A DNA stretch of 64,000 nucleotides from a virus. The position numbers and the translations under genes were made by a program. Positions 1 to 9,930 of this stretch are shown here, piece after piece. The DNA lies in the IMG/VR virus record IMGVR_UViG_3300021425_000025, positions 6,762-70,761 of that record; one strand, written 5' to 3'. The stretch's first letter is position 1; every line of letters begins with the position of its first letter. Below the pieces are notes generated by a model that saw only the letters and a list, made by a program, of their open reading frames with translations, was not told where the DNA came from and did no database searches.

Positions 1-265
1 CGTTATGTGTAGAACAAAGTAACTGCCATTGTAACTGAGGATGTCTTGTTCCTAGTTCGTTCCAATTTTTATTATAAATTTCATTAGTCATTACTACTGC
101 AAGTTCTTGTGCATCTCTGTTACCCGATACCGAACTTGCATATCTATTAAGTAACCAAAAGTTTACACATTTTTTTTGCTCGTCTGTAAGTTCTTTCCAT
201 AGTGATTTAGCATTTGAATCTATACATGCTAGTACTTCTTTTACTGGAAATTCTTGATATGACAA
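1..265 (-). CDS. Partial ORF running off the window start; possible clamp-loader small subunit (T4 gp62-like)
   Basis: Hand translation from TTG at 265 (SD AAGGAG upstream): MSYQEFPVKEVLACID...NFWLLNRYASSV...TNEIYNKNW...HPQLQWQLL. The FxxNRxxS...N...Q pattern resembles gp62-type proteins. Confidence 0.45.
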   Translation of the reverse strand, partial: MSYQEFPVKEVLACIDSNAKSLWKELTDEQKKCVNFWLLNRYASSVSGNRDAQELAVVMTNEIYNKNWNELGTRHPQLQWQLLCSTHN

Positions 266-288
266 CTTTTTGACTCCTTATACTTAAT

Positions 289-317
289 AGTATACACTAT
301 ATTTTCTTATAATGCAA
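289..317 (-). promoter_or_regulatory. sigma70-like early promoter
   Basis: TTGCAT-N17-TATACT on the minus strand, upstream of the ORF starting at 265. Confidence 0.55.
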
Positions 318-587
318 TTAATTTTTAACTTCATCTCTTATAATATAGTATGTTGTTACTAATTGATCCATTAACTTTTTAAGTGTTATATTTTCTTGTG
401 ACAGCTTGCATAGTAGTTGCCATTCACCGTAGTCTAACAGTTCTCCCTGTGCTCTAGCAACACCTGCAGGATCTCCGCCTATTATCCAACGTGGTTGTGA
501 ATTATATGGTGGATCTCTATATCTTGCATATACTACTCCGTCTGCACGTTCGTATATTAACGGTTGTCCAGGAACCAGTTTTCCCAT
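318..587 (-). CDS. Hypothetical protein (89 aa)
   Basis: ORF translationally coupled to the upstream gene (TAATG overlap at 587). Confidence 0.7.
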   Translation of the reverse strand: MGKLVPGQPLIYERADGVVYARYRDPPYNSQPRWIIGGDPAGVARAQGELLDYGEWQLLCKLSQENITLKKLMDQLVTTYYIIRDEVKN

Positions 588-1093
588 TATATCAGTAGCC
601 CATAATCTATTATTTCACTTTGTCTACTAATGTCTTTTACAAAATAAGCACATTGCGGTTGCGGGTCATCATTAATAGGCATTGTTAGTAATTGTCCTGT
701 TTTCATTTTAGGAAAATACCATTTTACGTCATTATAAAAATTTGTAATTTTTATTTCAGCAAAGTCCATTTTAAAACTACTTAAAGGATTGAACAAAAAT
801 GCTTCAAAGCCTCTATTATTTAAACTTGTTAAAGGTAGTACTTCTAAATCCATTCCTGTTTCAGAATCGCCAACTGCAATATGCCAATCAACTGGCACTG
901 TAATTTCGTTTCCGCCAATATCTAATACCATTGCAGGAGAGTTAAATGACTCTAAAAAAATTAATGGTATCCAATAAAAGTCAGGCTCTTTAGGGTTCGA
1001 GTTATCAAGAACACTAAAGCGTATATCTTCTTCGATTTCATCAGGTAACTTATCTAAATGAAAGCACCTGTTTTCTAATGTTAATATTCTCAT
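587..1093 (-). CDS. Hypothetical protein, possibly a degenerate Hint (intein-like) fold
   Basis: ATG at 1093 just after the uvsW stop (MRILTLENRC...). Beta-rich pattern resembles Hint blocks without the catalytic residues. Confidence 0.65.
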   Translation of the reverse strand: MRILTLENRCFHLDKLPDEIEEDIRFSVLDNSNPKEPDFYWIPLIFLESFNSPAMVLDIGGNEITVPVDWHIAVGDSETGMDLEVLPLTSLNNRGFEAFLFNPLSSFKMDFAEIKITNFYNDVKWYFPKMKTGQLLTMPINDDPQPQCAYFVKDISRQSEIIDYGLLI

Positions 1094-1098
1094 TATTA

Positions 1099-2562
1099 TT
1101 AATTCCAATCTACCTTTTCTATGGTGAAGGGGTATTCTGCCTCCTTATAGAACTTCTTACGCTGTGTCAAGTGTCGCTTCGCAAACTTACACGTAGAAGT
1201 TAAATCCCATATTTGAACGAAGTCTTTATCTTTTGCCTTTCTTACGCCTCTGCCTATAGACTGAATTACCCTGACAAAACTTTTGCCAGGCTCAATGAGA
1301 ACAAGATTAAAAATACGCGGTATATTAATACCCACAGCCGCGACCCCGTATGTTGCGATAACCACGTGGTTAGTTCCTTCATTGATTTCATCATATGCCT
1401 CCTTGCGATCTTTTAATTTAACATCGCCTTTAACAAAAACACTACCTGGTATCCGTTCTTGTAACATTTCGCCTGCGCTAATTCTGTCAACAAGTATAAG
1501 AGTGTTTCCGTCTTGTTTTACTGTGTTTAATAATTTGCCTATGTAATCTATTCTAGCCTCATTTGTAACTAGATACTTTAATTCAGACTGATAGTCTGAA
1601 AATGCTTGTGTATCCATTAATTGTACTATATTAACATGACAATTAGATAGTACGCCTTTATCTTGTAATTCTTTTGCAGTAATACTACCTATTACTGGAC
1701 CTAAACTTGCGTGTATACTTTCAAATTCAAACTTTTCTTTAGGCACTGTGCCTGTTAGTCCCCAACGGATAGGAGCATTGCGTAGGTTGCGTGTAAGCAA
1801 GTTCTTAAGAACTTCTGCTTTTGCTTGGTGTACTTCGTCAACAATAATAGTGCTGACACCGTCTAAGAACTCTGCAAGGCTTAGTACTGCACTGCCGTCT
1901 TTGAACTTCTTATCTAGAATATTCAAACTCTGCCATGTACAGATAGTGTGAGTCTTACCTAACTCTTTTCTGTCGCCGAAGTACACCCCTACGTCTAACC
2001 CACAATTGATATAGTCTTCTTCTGTCTGTGTAACTAACGATTTGTTAGGCACAATAATAAGACTACGTCCGTACGGCTCACTTATATGCGACAGTGTTGC
2101 AGTTGTAATTGTCTTACCTGCACCTGTTGCAATCTCTTGCAAGCTCTGTGGGTTTTGTAAAAAGTTATTAATTGCTGTAACTTGATAGTCTCGGAGAATG
2201 ATCTCTTCGCCTTCTGCTGGATGTCCTTTAGGCCAATGTACTCCTTGATCTGCCCAGTAGCGTTCATTTATTGGCTGAAAGTCTAACTGTATTGGGTGTC
2301 TACGATCTTCAATATCTACTATTTGTACATTGTTTTTTGTAAGTACGTCCACAACAGTATCAAGATGGTTAACGTAACCAGTGCCGCCGATGCCAAAAAA
2401 AGCAACTTTGCCATCCCAACGCCCGAGCTTATACTGAGGCATATATCGTGCGTAAGGCACTTCGAATTTGAGTGCATTGCTAAGTTTACGTCTGACGTCA
2501 ACTTCTAATCCTTCTAACTTTATGTTTACTTCATCTTCAATTATTAATTTGCAACTAGGCAT
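1099..2562 (-). CDS. uvsW: UvsW-like SF2 DNA helicase
   Basis: Q motif LRDYQ, Walker A ATGAGKT, DEVH, motif III GLTGT, motif VI QSIGRGVR; T4-like gene context. Confidence 0.9.
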   Translation of the reverse strand: MPSCKLIIEDEVNIKLEGLEVDVRRKLSNALKFEVPYARYMPQYKLGRWDGKVAFFGIGGTGYVNHLDTVVDVLTKNNVQIVDIEDRRHPIQLDFQPINERYWADQGVHWPKGHPAEGEEIILRDYQVTAINNFLQNPQSLQEIATGAGKTITTATLSHISEPYGRSLIIVPNKSLVTQTEEDYINCGLDVGVYFGDRKELGKTHTICTWQSLNILDKKFKDGSAVLSLAEFLDGVSTIIVDEVHQAKAEVLKNLLTRNLRNAPIRWGLTGTVPKEKFEFESIHASLGPVIGSITAKELQDKGVLSNCHVNIVQLMDTQAFSDYQSELKYLVTNEARIDYIGKLLNTVKQDGNTLILVDRISAGEMLQERIPGSVFVKGDVKLKDRKEAYDEINEGTNHVVIATYGVAAVGINIPRIFNLVLIEPGKSFVRVIQSIGRGVRKAKDKDFVQIWDLTSTCKFAKRHLTQRKKFYKEAEYPFTIEKVDWN

Positions 2563-3805
2563 ATAATTTCCATCTATTATTGCTACTAAACCTTGGTACT
2601 ATATTAGGTTCTTCAGAATAATCAACTATTAAATCAAAGTTCTTAACCCAACTAGAAAGCTGCGACGAGGTTCTAAGATTTTTAAGCATTAAAGCAGTTA
2701 CAGGTTTACATTTACTCTGTAACAGGGGTTTATTTACTTTATTTTTACTAGTATACACTACTTTAGTATTTTTGTCAAGAGGATTATTTAAATTTTTATC
2801 TCTAATAAATTCATTATAACCATTACTAACATCGTTTGGTAGTCTATATAAAACAGATATTTCTTCTGTAGGTATAAGATGACACATATGGTGATATGTA
2901 GTAGCTAATGTACTATAGGGATCGTTTTCATCTAAAAGTATTAATAATGGAAATCTTTTTAAAACAAAAAAAGAATTAAAAAGTCTATCTAAAGTCCATT
3001 CTTTTGAGCTAATATGTATTTCGTTACTTTTTCTATTTGCAATATTTTTTGAAAGTATATCATGCTTTTCAATATCCAACTCAGCTTTGTTATCAAAAGA
3101 AGAAATTCCGTATAACAAACTTCTATCTTTATAACAAATAACATTATCGGAATCTAATTTTCCAAGTTGTTCTTCAATAACTTTTTTTCCGTTTGGATGC
3201 ATATTTAATAATTGATTGTTTTCTACCCTAATAGTATAATTATTAACATCAATTTTTCTAATCTCGTTATATAATGACATTACGTCATCTGCTACTTCAA
3301 AACCGCAACCTTCGAATGAATTAACTAACCTAATAACAGACTTTTCAGTTAGCAAGAAAAAGTGTTCATGAGTTCCTTTGTGATGAACATACTCATCTCT
3401 CTTATTTGTAATACCTTGTAGTTTTAAAATACTTTTTTTACTAAACGGAAATCTAATTTTAAGATACTCGTGATTAGGACGTTCGTGTTGTTTATGTCCA
3501 ATTGCTTCTTCTGCAGATACAATTTTAATATATTTAGAACGATCGATTTTTCTTAGTGGGTGTCTTAAAGTATTAACAGCCTTATTAAAATCACAAATGT
3601 CTATAAATTGATCTTGATAAGATGACAATTTTTCTTGCATAAGTGAATACTGTCTATCAGTTAATGGAACACCTTTAAACACTTGTCTAGCAATACTGTA
3701 CATAATACTCATATCACTAGAATCAATTTTTATCTGTGGCACGTCAGCTCTCATGCCAGCGGTTACTTCTAAAAGATCTTCAATGGTAAGAATTATATTG
3801 TTCAT
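2555..3805 (-). CDS. Hypothetical protein (416 aa)
   Basis: Long ORF overlapping the uvsW start, with its own sigma70-like promoter. No recognisable motif. Confidence 0.75.
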   Translation of the reverse strand: MNNIILTIEDLLEVTAGMRADVPQIKIDSSDMSIMYSIARQVFKGVPLTDRQYSLMQEKLSSYQDQFIDICDFNKAVNTLRHPLRKIDRSKYIKIVSAEEAIGHKQHERPNHEYLKIRFPFSKKSILKLQGITNKRDEYVHHKGTHEHFFLLTEKSVIRLVNSFEGCGFEVADDVMSLYNEIRKIDVNNYTIRVENNQLLNMHPNGKKVIEEQLGKLDSDNVICYKDRSLLYGISSFDNKAELDIEKHDILSKNIANRKSNEIHISSKEWTLDRLFNSFFVLKRFPLLILLDENDPYSTLATTYHHMCHLIPTEEISVLYRLPNDVSNGYNEFIRDKNLNNPLDKNTKVVYTSKNKVNKPLLQSKCKPVTALMLKNLRTSSQLSSWVKNFDLIVDYSEEPNIVPRFSSNNRWKLYA

Positions 3806-3807
3806 GC

Positions 3808-4680
3808 TTATAATATAGCATGATTAAGCACCTTTGTCAATCTTTTTAACGGCAAGCCTGCCTTAATTTCTTTGATTGAAAACTCTGTCCATGCATAGTC
3901 ATTGAGCCATTGTGTTCTATCAGGTTTCAGTGGGTTTTCAATATTATGAAGAAAGTCTATGTCATTACCAACTTCGTATGCAAGAGAACTAGATCCTACA
4001 AAAGCAGGAACACCTTCTAGTATACTGTGTATGCCTGGATTTGAATTATAACTAACTGTTGCCCAAATGTTTTTAAAATCCAAGTCATAGTTATCATTGT
4101 TGCGATCTGTTGATAGTCTTCGAGGCTCTTGTCTAAAAACATTTTTGTATTGATGTTCTATTGACGGTAAAGGACAGCGAGGATGAGGTCTAAAAATTAT
4201 AGGACGAGATGAATATTTTTGGATTGTTTCGATAGTATTCATTGCCCAATTACTCATACGAGGCATATCATGCCATTGCCAACTTCTTTCATGTTGTCCG
4301 CAGATTAAAATATATTCACCGTCTTCGCGCCAATCTTTTAATTTAAGTCTAAGAAAATTAGCACGCCTATCATCATTGCCAAGATCTCCAAAATATGCAT
4401 CTCTATTAATGCCATTGAGTCCTACTTTCCATGTATTATTTCTTTTGATGCCGCCGACTTCTAAAACTATAGTTGGTTTTGATTTTTTGTTATTGTTGTC
4501 CCATATACTTTTGTTTTTAGCCATTCTGCCATACCACAGTACGCTCCATATAACATCGATATCAGAATTAAGGTCATTATAAACAACGTCATGGCCAGCA
4601 GCCATGCAACTGTTAGCAAAGGCATCAAAAACAGGTTGGCTATTGAGTGCGCCATTATTTGTCCATAAACTAAATTTCAT
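3808..4680 (-). CDS. KpsS/KpsC-like (capsule-synthesis type) glycosyltransferase
   Basis: ILICGQ, FRPHP and YNSNPGIHSILEGVP match the Q...HP...NSxxxxEAxxxGxP pattern of this family. Confidence 0.7.
   Translation of the reverse strand: MKFSLWTNNGALNSQPVFDAFANSCMAAGHDVVYNDLNSDIDVIWSVLWYGRMAKNKSIWDNNNKKSKPTIVLEVGGIKRNNTWKVGLNGINRDAYFGDLGNDDRRANFLRLKLKDWREDGEYILICGQHERSWQWHDMPRMSNWAMNTIETIQKYSSRPIIFRPHPRCPLPSIEHQYKNVFRQEPRRLSTDRNNDNYDLDFKNIWATVSYNSNPGIHSILEGVPAFVGSSSLAYEVGNDIDFLHNIENPLKPDRTQWLNDYAWTEFSIKEIKAGLPLKRLTKVLNHAIL
3812..3840 (-). promoter_or_regulatory. sigma70-like early promoter, probably giving a leaderless mRNA
   Basis: TTGACA-N17-TATATT, then 6 nt, then the ATG at 3805; no SD. 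Confidence 0.7.
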
Positions 4681-4726
4681 ACGTTAAATACTACCATACA
4701 CTATCTGTATTTACAAAGGATTTAAA

Positions 4727-5572
4727 ATGTCAGCAATAACTGTGGTAACTACATTTCATGCACCTGGACTAACCAAATATGGGCAAAACTTTTTAGACAC
4801 GTTTTCAAGGAATGTAGACCAAAGAATTAAGTTAATAGTATATGCAGAAAAATGCAAGCCAAGAAACCCTGATCCATCTAGAATTGAAATTTTAGATGCA
4901 GATCAAGAGCTACCTAAATTACAAAAATTCAAACAACGTTGGAAAAATGTTCCTAAAGCAAATGGTACACCTCCTCCTGAAATAAAAGCACGTAGACCGC
5001 GCGATTGGCACAAATCTTTTAAATGGGACGCTATACGCTTTGCTAATAAAACATATGCTGTGTATGACGCTTATATGCGCTCTAAGGGGTGGTTAGTATG
5101 GATAGATGCGGATACAATATTTCACAGTCACTGGAGTTACGAAGATTTTATTAAGTTATTACCAAAGAATGTTTGGATAACATATGTAGGTAGAGGTAAA
5201 GGATCACAAACTTGGCCCGAGTGCGGATTTTATGGTATGAACTTGAATCATCCAGTGTGTCATGAATTTTTAAAAGAATTTGAACGCATGTACGAAGATG
5301 CAGAAAACGGAATATTTAAATTAGAGGAATGGCACGACAGTTATGTGTTTGGTCATATTCTAAACAAATATAGAAAAGATTTTCCTAAAGTATTAGACTA
5401 TACTGCTGCTGTAACATTACGCACTGCTAAAACAGGTGGCGGAGGACATCCGCTTATTAATACCGAGTTAGGTAAATGGATAGATCATTTAAAAGGTGAT
5501 CGAAAAAATTACGGCAAAAGTTTACAAAAAGATTTAATTCATTCAAGAACAGAAAGTTATTGGTCTAGTTAG
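4727..5572 (+). CDS. GT-A fold glycosyltransferase
   Basis: N-terminal ITVVTTF strand, RFANK, DxD motif WIDAD, ECGF, WHDS and HLKG; SD AAGGA. Confidence 0.75.
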   Translation: MSAITVVTTFHAPGLTKYGQNFLDTFSRNVDQRIKLIVYAEKCKPRNPDPSRIEILDADQELPKLQKFKQRWKNVPKANGTPPPEIKARRPRDWHKSFKWDAIRFANKTYAVYDAYMRSKGWLVWIDADTIFHSHWSYEDFIKLLPKNVWITYVGRGKGSQTWPECGFYGMNLNHPVCHEFLKEFERMYEDAENGIFKLEEWHDSYVFGHILNKYRKDFPKVLDYTAAVTLRTAKTGGGGHPLINTELGKWIDHLKGDRKNYGKSLQKDLIHSRTESYWSS

Positions 5573-6500
5573 ATGCCCACTTTCTCATCCAACGCCAGCA
5601 ATTACCGTTAAACAAATCATCTTGATTCCAATGCATTTGGGACATCTTTAATATCCACTGTGATCTATCGTAGTCAGCCGGCATTGTGATTCTTCTTAAA
5701 TCAGTATGTGCAACTCCGTATGCTTGACAGTTTTGTGGTTCAGGATCTGTTATAAAAGTTGGTACTCCTTCTATTACTCCTGCAACTGCTGGGCTTGAAT
5801 TATATACAACTAAACTATGTGCGTCTTGTAAGTCTTCTAATAAAGATATCTTTTTAGAGTCAGCTACATCAACATTTAATCTTCGTATTTTACTTTCATA
5901 TCTATAAGACTGTCCGTCGCCTGGATGTAATCTTACTCTAATAGGCATCGGTGTAACGCCTCTTATTTTTTGTACTGTTTGTGTTACCCAGTCTACAACA
6001 CTTTTGCCATTCATGCTCCAGCCGCCATCTCTTTGAGCACATATTAATATATAACTACCTTTATTCAGTTTCCATGGTTGTAGATCAAAATTTAAATCAC
6101 TTTTAATTTTTTCCCACCTTGAAGGATCAACAGTCTTATTACAATATTCTCCAGTAGTTGGAAAAACACCATCATAACTATAACGTAAATATTTTTGAGT
6201 ATTTCCTGGATCTCTATATAAAAATAAATTGCTATCAATTATTATAGTTCTTTTATTGTTAAATTTTTGTAAATTTAAAACATCTTTTCTTAATCTTAGA
6301 TGTTTTGTATTTTTACTATTTTTATGAACAAAGCCTTGCAGTATAGCAACGTCACAAGCCATAGGTTGCCATTGACGAGAAACCTGTCCTGTATCTAATC
6401 CAACACGATTTACTCCTGCTATAAACTTTTTTAGTATTGCAGGTTTTTCTGGATTTTTATTACCCGGAGGGATGCCGTTTAAATAACTTACTACTAACAT
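5565..6500 (-). CDS. KpsS/KpsC-like glycosyltransferase (second paralogue)
   Basis: ILICAQ, VRLHP and YNSSPAVAGVIEGVP. Confidence 0.7.
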   Translation of the reverse strand: MLVVSYLNGIPPGNKNPEKPAILKKFIAGVNRVGLDTGQVSRQWQPMACDVAILQGFVHKNSKNTKHLRLRKDVLNLQKFNNKRTIIIDSNLFLYRDPGNTQKYLRYSYDGVFPTTGEYCNKTVDPSRWEKIKSDLNFDLQPWKLNKGSYILICAQRDGGWSMNGKSVVDWVTQTVQKIRGVTPMPIRVRLHPGDGQSYRYESKIRRLNVDVADSKKISLLEDLQDAHSLVVYNSSPAVAGVIEGVPTFITDPEPQNCQAYGVAHTDLRRITMPADYDRSQWILKMSQMHWNQDDLFNGNCWRWMRKWASN

Positions 6501-7291
6501 AAATTAAATTCTTCTTGTATCTTATATGCTGTGCCGTCCTTCAATTCTGACGTAGTGTATTGACAATATGCTAACCAATGTAGCCAGTTGTCTACTTGTG
6601 TTCTATCAGGATAATATGGATCTTCTATTTTTGTAAAATCATTTGAGCATACACTCTTTGCTGCATTTATAGGAGCATCTGCAAAAGCAGGTATTCCGTA
6701 AGACACTGCTTCAGTTGCAGCAATACTATTGTATGTTACAACTGCATATATATCATCTTCATCTAACTGATTGAATATACTTTTATTACCGATACGTTCT
6801 CTTCTTATTGGTTTATCTCTCACAATAATTTTTCTATCAGTATGATTTTTTAATTTTTCTAATGTATTTTTGACCCAGTTGTCTCTTGTTATTCCATAAA
6901 ATTTACACGGTTTTTCTGATGGAGTAACTAATAAAATATTTGAACCTTGTTTATTCCACTGTCGTTTATAAAAAGATTTTGTTGATACTTTTAATATTTT
7001 TTCAAATCTATCTGAAGGGACTAATATAGGTGATGTGTGTTGTACATCGTTTTTAACAACTCTATGATAATTTTTTCTCTTACCGCAATTACCTAAATAA
7101 CCAGTATCAATATAATAAAAATCACGTCCTGATATTCTACACTCGTTTACTACTCTAAATTTGGTCATTCCTCTAAATGCTACAGGGTTATCAAGTGGCA
7201 AGTCTTTAAAAGAATCAGGGTCTGAAATACCTGCTTCAGTTCCGTATCTCCACAGTGTTAATATAGCATCATCTTCGTCAAGTATTATCAT
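6494..7291 (-). CDS. KpsS/KpsC-like glycosyltransferase (third paralogue)
   Basis: YYIDTGY, VRDKP and TYNSIAATEAVSYGIP. Start placed at the ATGA overlap (7291). Confidence 0.65.
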   Translation of the reverse strand: MIILDEDDAILTLWRYGTEAGISDPDSFKDLPLDNPVAFRGMTKFRVVNECRISGRDFYYIDTGYLGNCGKRKNYHRVVKNDVQHTSPILVPSDRFEKILKVSTKSFYKRQWNKQGSNILLVTPSEKPCKFYGITRDNWVKNTLEKLKNHTDRKIIVRDKPIRRERIGNKSIFNQLDEDDIYAVVTYNSIAATEAVSYGIPAFADAPINAAKSVCSNDFTKIEDPYYPDRTQVDNWLHWLAYCQYTTSELKDGTAYKIQEEFNLC

Positions 7292-8049
7292 AGTCGTTCG
7301 ATATCTTCTTCTATACAATTTTCACCATATTGAATTTCAATAAGTTTTAGTGACTCTGTTGTTTCGTTTGCTAGTTGATGCCACATACCTACTGGAATAT
7401 GTAATGATTGATGTTTGGTAAATTTTCCATATAATTCAAAGTCTGTAGATACGTTTAAAGTATAAACAGTAGCAGTTCCTTGATCAACAAACCAGTGTTC
7501 TGATCTATCTTTGTGCCGTTGCATAGATAATTTCTGCCCAGGCTCAACGGTTAATTCTTTCACTTTAACTTCCTTTCCTGATTCGTGCAATACACGGTAG
7601 TATCCCCACGTGCGATTTGTTTTTGGTGCTTTCCACTCTTGTAGTATCCAACTAGAACTATTCTTTTTGTCTTCTCCGCCAACACCAAATACATAATTTA
7701 CATCACTGTGTGATAGCATTTCTGGTATGTTATGTTTTGTCCGATCGCCACCGTTGGCAAATATAATTTTATGATCATTGCCCCAATAACTTTTTACTTT
7801 ATTAATAGCATCTATTGCTGTGTTATCATTATCATTAAAAGTAATAACTTCGTTGACTACTTCTAACATTTCGATTATTTTTACACGCTCTTGCAAATTC
7901 ATAAACGGTTTGCCTTTTTTACGCATTAACCATTCGTCAGAATTAACACCTACTATTAAGTATTGTCCCAATGCCTTTGCTGCTTTAAAATATTCAATAT
8001 GACCAGAATGAAGAGGATCAAACCCTCCAGTAACTATTACTATTTCCAT
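7288..8049 (-). CDS. Cytidylyltransferase (HxGH family) fused to a mannose-6-phosphate isomerase type II-like cupin
   Basis: TGGFDPLHSGH, ANGGDR and KKNSSS, followed by cupin motifs RTWGYY, LSMQRHKDRSEHW, HQLAN and IEIQYGENCIEEDIER. Confidence 0.88.
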   Translation of the reverse strand: MEIVIVTGGFDPLHSGHIEYFKAAKALGQYLIVGVNSDEWLMRKKGKPFMNLQERVKIIEMLEVVNEVITFNDNDNTAIDAINKVKSYWGNDHKIIFANGGDRTKHNIPEMLSHSDVNYVFGVGGEDKKNSSSWILQEWKAPKTNRTWGYYRVLHESGKEVKVKELTVEPGQKLSMQRHKDRSEHWFVDQGTATVYTLNVSTDFELYGKFTKHQSLHIPVGMWHQLANETTESLKLIEIQYGENCIEEDIERL

Positions 8050-8054
8050 ATAGA

Positions 8055-8084
8055 TATTTATGTGCGCAGTTAACTACATAAATA
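8055..8084. promoter_or_regulatory. Back-to-back T4-type late promoters (CATAAATA on both strands)
   Basis: TATTTATG (8055-8062) and CATAAATA (8077-8084); each is followed by 5 nt and then an ATG. Confidence 0.7.
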
Positions 8085-8089
8085 CTATC

Positions 8090-8707
8090 ATGAGCATATA
8101 TCTACCGCACAATGACACAGTTTTTATACATATACCTAAAACAGGTGGAACAAGTATACTACACTGGATGCAAGAAAACTTTGAACATGAAAAAAGAGGT
8201 GAAAAACATTTTGACTATAAAATGTATAAAAAGAAATTTGGAGATCCAACACACCACTTTGCATGTGTTAGAAATCCGTATGCAAGATTATTAAGTTGGT
8301 TTCACTATATGGGCGAACAGGCAAATGCTAGACTATATGCTGTCCAACAAGGAACACTTGACAAACCTCAGCCTTGGGACAAGTATGCATATAGAGCTTA
8401 CAAAAGAGGATTTAAAACTTGGGTTAGAGAAGCAATTCATGAGCCAGCAGATAGAATATGGTCTTTTAATATCTTACAAAATCAAGTTGACTGGTATAAT
8501 ACAGAAACAGTAGATTTTGTTTTAAAGACAGAAACATTAGATAAAGATTTTGTACAGGTTCAAGATTGGCTCGATTGCCATGTACCGTTAGGTCATCTTA
8601 ATAAAAGCAATCACGGTGACTACAGAGAACAATACGATTTTGAAATGAAATTAGTTGTACAAAAATATTTTGAAAAAGATTTAGATACCTTTAAGTACAT
8701 TTTTTAA
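8090..8707 (+). CDS. Sulfotransferase (carbohydrate sulfotransferase type)
   Basis: 5'-PSB motif FIHIPKTGGTS and 3'-PB motif VRNPYARLLS; C-terminal DLDTFKY. Confidence 0.85.
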   Translation: MSIYLPHNDTVFIHIPKTGGTSILHWMQENFEHEKRGEKHFDYKMYKKKFGDPTHHFACVRNPYARLLSWFHYMGEQANARLYAVQQGTLDKPQPWDKYAYRAYKRGFKTWVREAIHEPADRIWSFNILQNQVDWYNTETVDFVLKTETLDKDFVQVQDWLDCHVPLGHLNKSNHGDYREQYDFEMKLVVQKYFEKDLDTFKYIF

Positions 8708-9245
8708 GTAATACAACATACTTTACAATATCTCGAAGCGGACCTTTTTTTACTTTTGCTGTCCATTCTCTAACTTCTTCGTGTACTATTTCCCAATTTG
8801 ATAATTTAGATATTTTTTCTTTCCACCACTTAGGCGGCTTAATAATTAAATGAGCATTACGTCCGTCACTTAGTGATTTTTTTGCAGGATGACACGCTAT
8901 TAAATGATACTGATATAGTTGCGCTCTATGTGAAAGGTCTTTTAATGTGTTATCAATAAGATTAGGTTCAACATGTTCTAGTACATCACTGCTGTATACT
9001 AAGTCAACTTGATCTGGAAGTTTTATTGGGAATGTTACTGGATCGTATGTGTATACATTAATATTGTAATTAGACTTTAATGCAGAAGAAGTTAGTCCTT
9101 TTCCTGCACCAAAGTCTAATATACTATTAACTGATTGATTTTCTATAAGCTCTTTTACTTCGTTTGGAATATTTGATGCAGTTCCAAATGTTTTTTTGTT
9201 GTGTAAAAGTTTTAATTCTTCTAGATAATCATTTGAATGAGACAT
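8691..9245 (-). CDS. Class I SAM-dependent methyltransferase
   Basis: Motif I ILDFGAGKG, YDP and SSDVLEHV. Start placed at the TAATG overlap with the uvsY stop. Confidence 0.85.
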   Translation of the reverse strand: MSHSNDYLEELKLLHNKKTFGTASNIPNEVKELIENQSVNSILDFGAGKGLTSSALKSNYNINVYTYDPVTFPIKLPDQVDLVYSSDVLEHVEPNLIDNTLKDLSHRAQLYQYHLIACHPAKKSLSDGRNAHLIIKPPKWWKEKISKLSNWEIVHEEVREWTAKVKKGPLRDIVKYVVLLKKCT

Positions 9246-9700
9246 TACAACGTTGCGTCTTCCATACCTGCTACACGTAATTTGACTACGTTTGTAATTT
9301 GCCACTGTTTTTGATCAAGTGCTTTTAAAACACCCAACCATTTGTTACGCATGAGAGCAAATTCATTAATAATTTTTTCATAATCAACTACATCACTCTC
9401 ACCGTCAACATATTTTTCAACATCACGACTTGATAAAGCTCTTTGATAGTTTTCAAGATATTTTTTAAAGTATGAGCTACGCAATCTACGTAATTCAATA
9501 TTAAGGTAGTTAAGTATAGCTTCGATTTCTTGTAACTGATTAAAACGGTGTTCCACTATACCAGGCATAGCAGCCGCTGCCTTTTCAACATTACCTGAAA
9601 GTTTACATTCAATTTTTGCATCATTCAGTTCACGTTCAAAATGTGCTACTGCATCTGGTATTCTACCTACATCACGAGATATTTCGCTATACCAACCCAT
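9245..9700 (-). CDS. uvsY: UvsY-like recombination mediator
   Basis: Helical ~150-aa protein with ...DVEKYVDGE...KALDQKQWQI...; lies downstream of uvsX. Confidence 0.7.
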   Translation of the reverse strand: MGWYSEISRDVGRIPDAVAHFERELNDAKIECKLSGNVEKAAAAMPGIVEHRFNQLQEIEAILNYLNIELRRLRSSYFKKYLENYQRALSSRDVEKYVDGESDVVDYEKIINEFALMRNKWLGVLKALDQKQWQITNVVKLRVAGMEDATL

Positions 9701-9930
9701 TAATCCCACTCATCTTCTTCATCAACATAATCTTCTGAATCAATATCTAAATAATAACCTATCGCTTCATCAAGTGCGCTGTCAATTCCAAATAAATCTT
9801 TAAGTTGATGATCTTCGACGCCGTAATCGGCTAAGTGATCAACAAACTTTTCAGCAACTATTTCAATTTGTTTTTTATCTAAATATTCTTTAAATAAAAT
9901 CCAAATATCAGCAATTTGTTCTTCATTCAT
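9700..9930 (-). CDS. Small acidic hypothetical protein
   Basis: MNEEQIADIW...; overlaps the uvsX stop and is coupled to uvsY. Confidence 0.65.
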   Translation of the reverse strand: MNEEQIADIWILFKEYLDKKQIEIVAEKFVDHLADYGVEDHQLKDLFGIDSALDEAIGYYLDIDSEDYVDEEDEWD

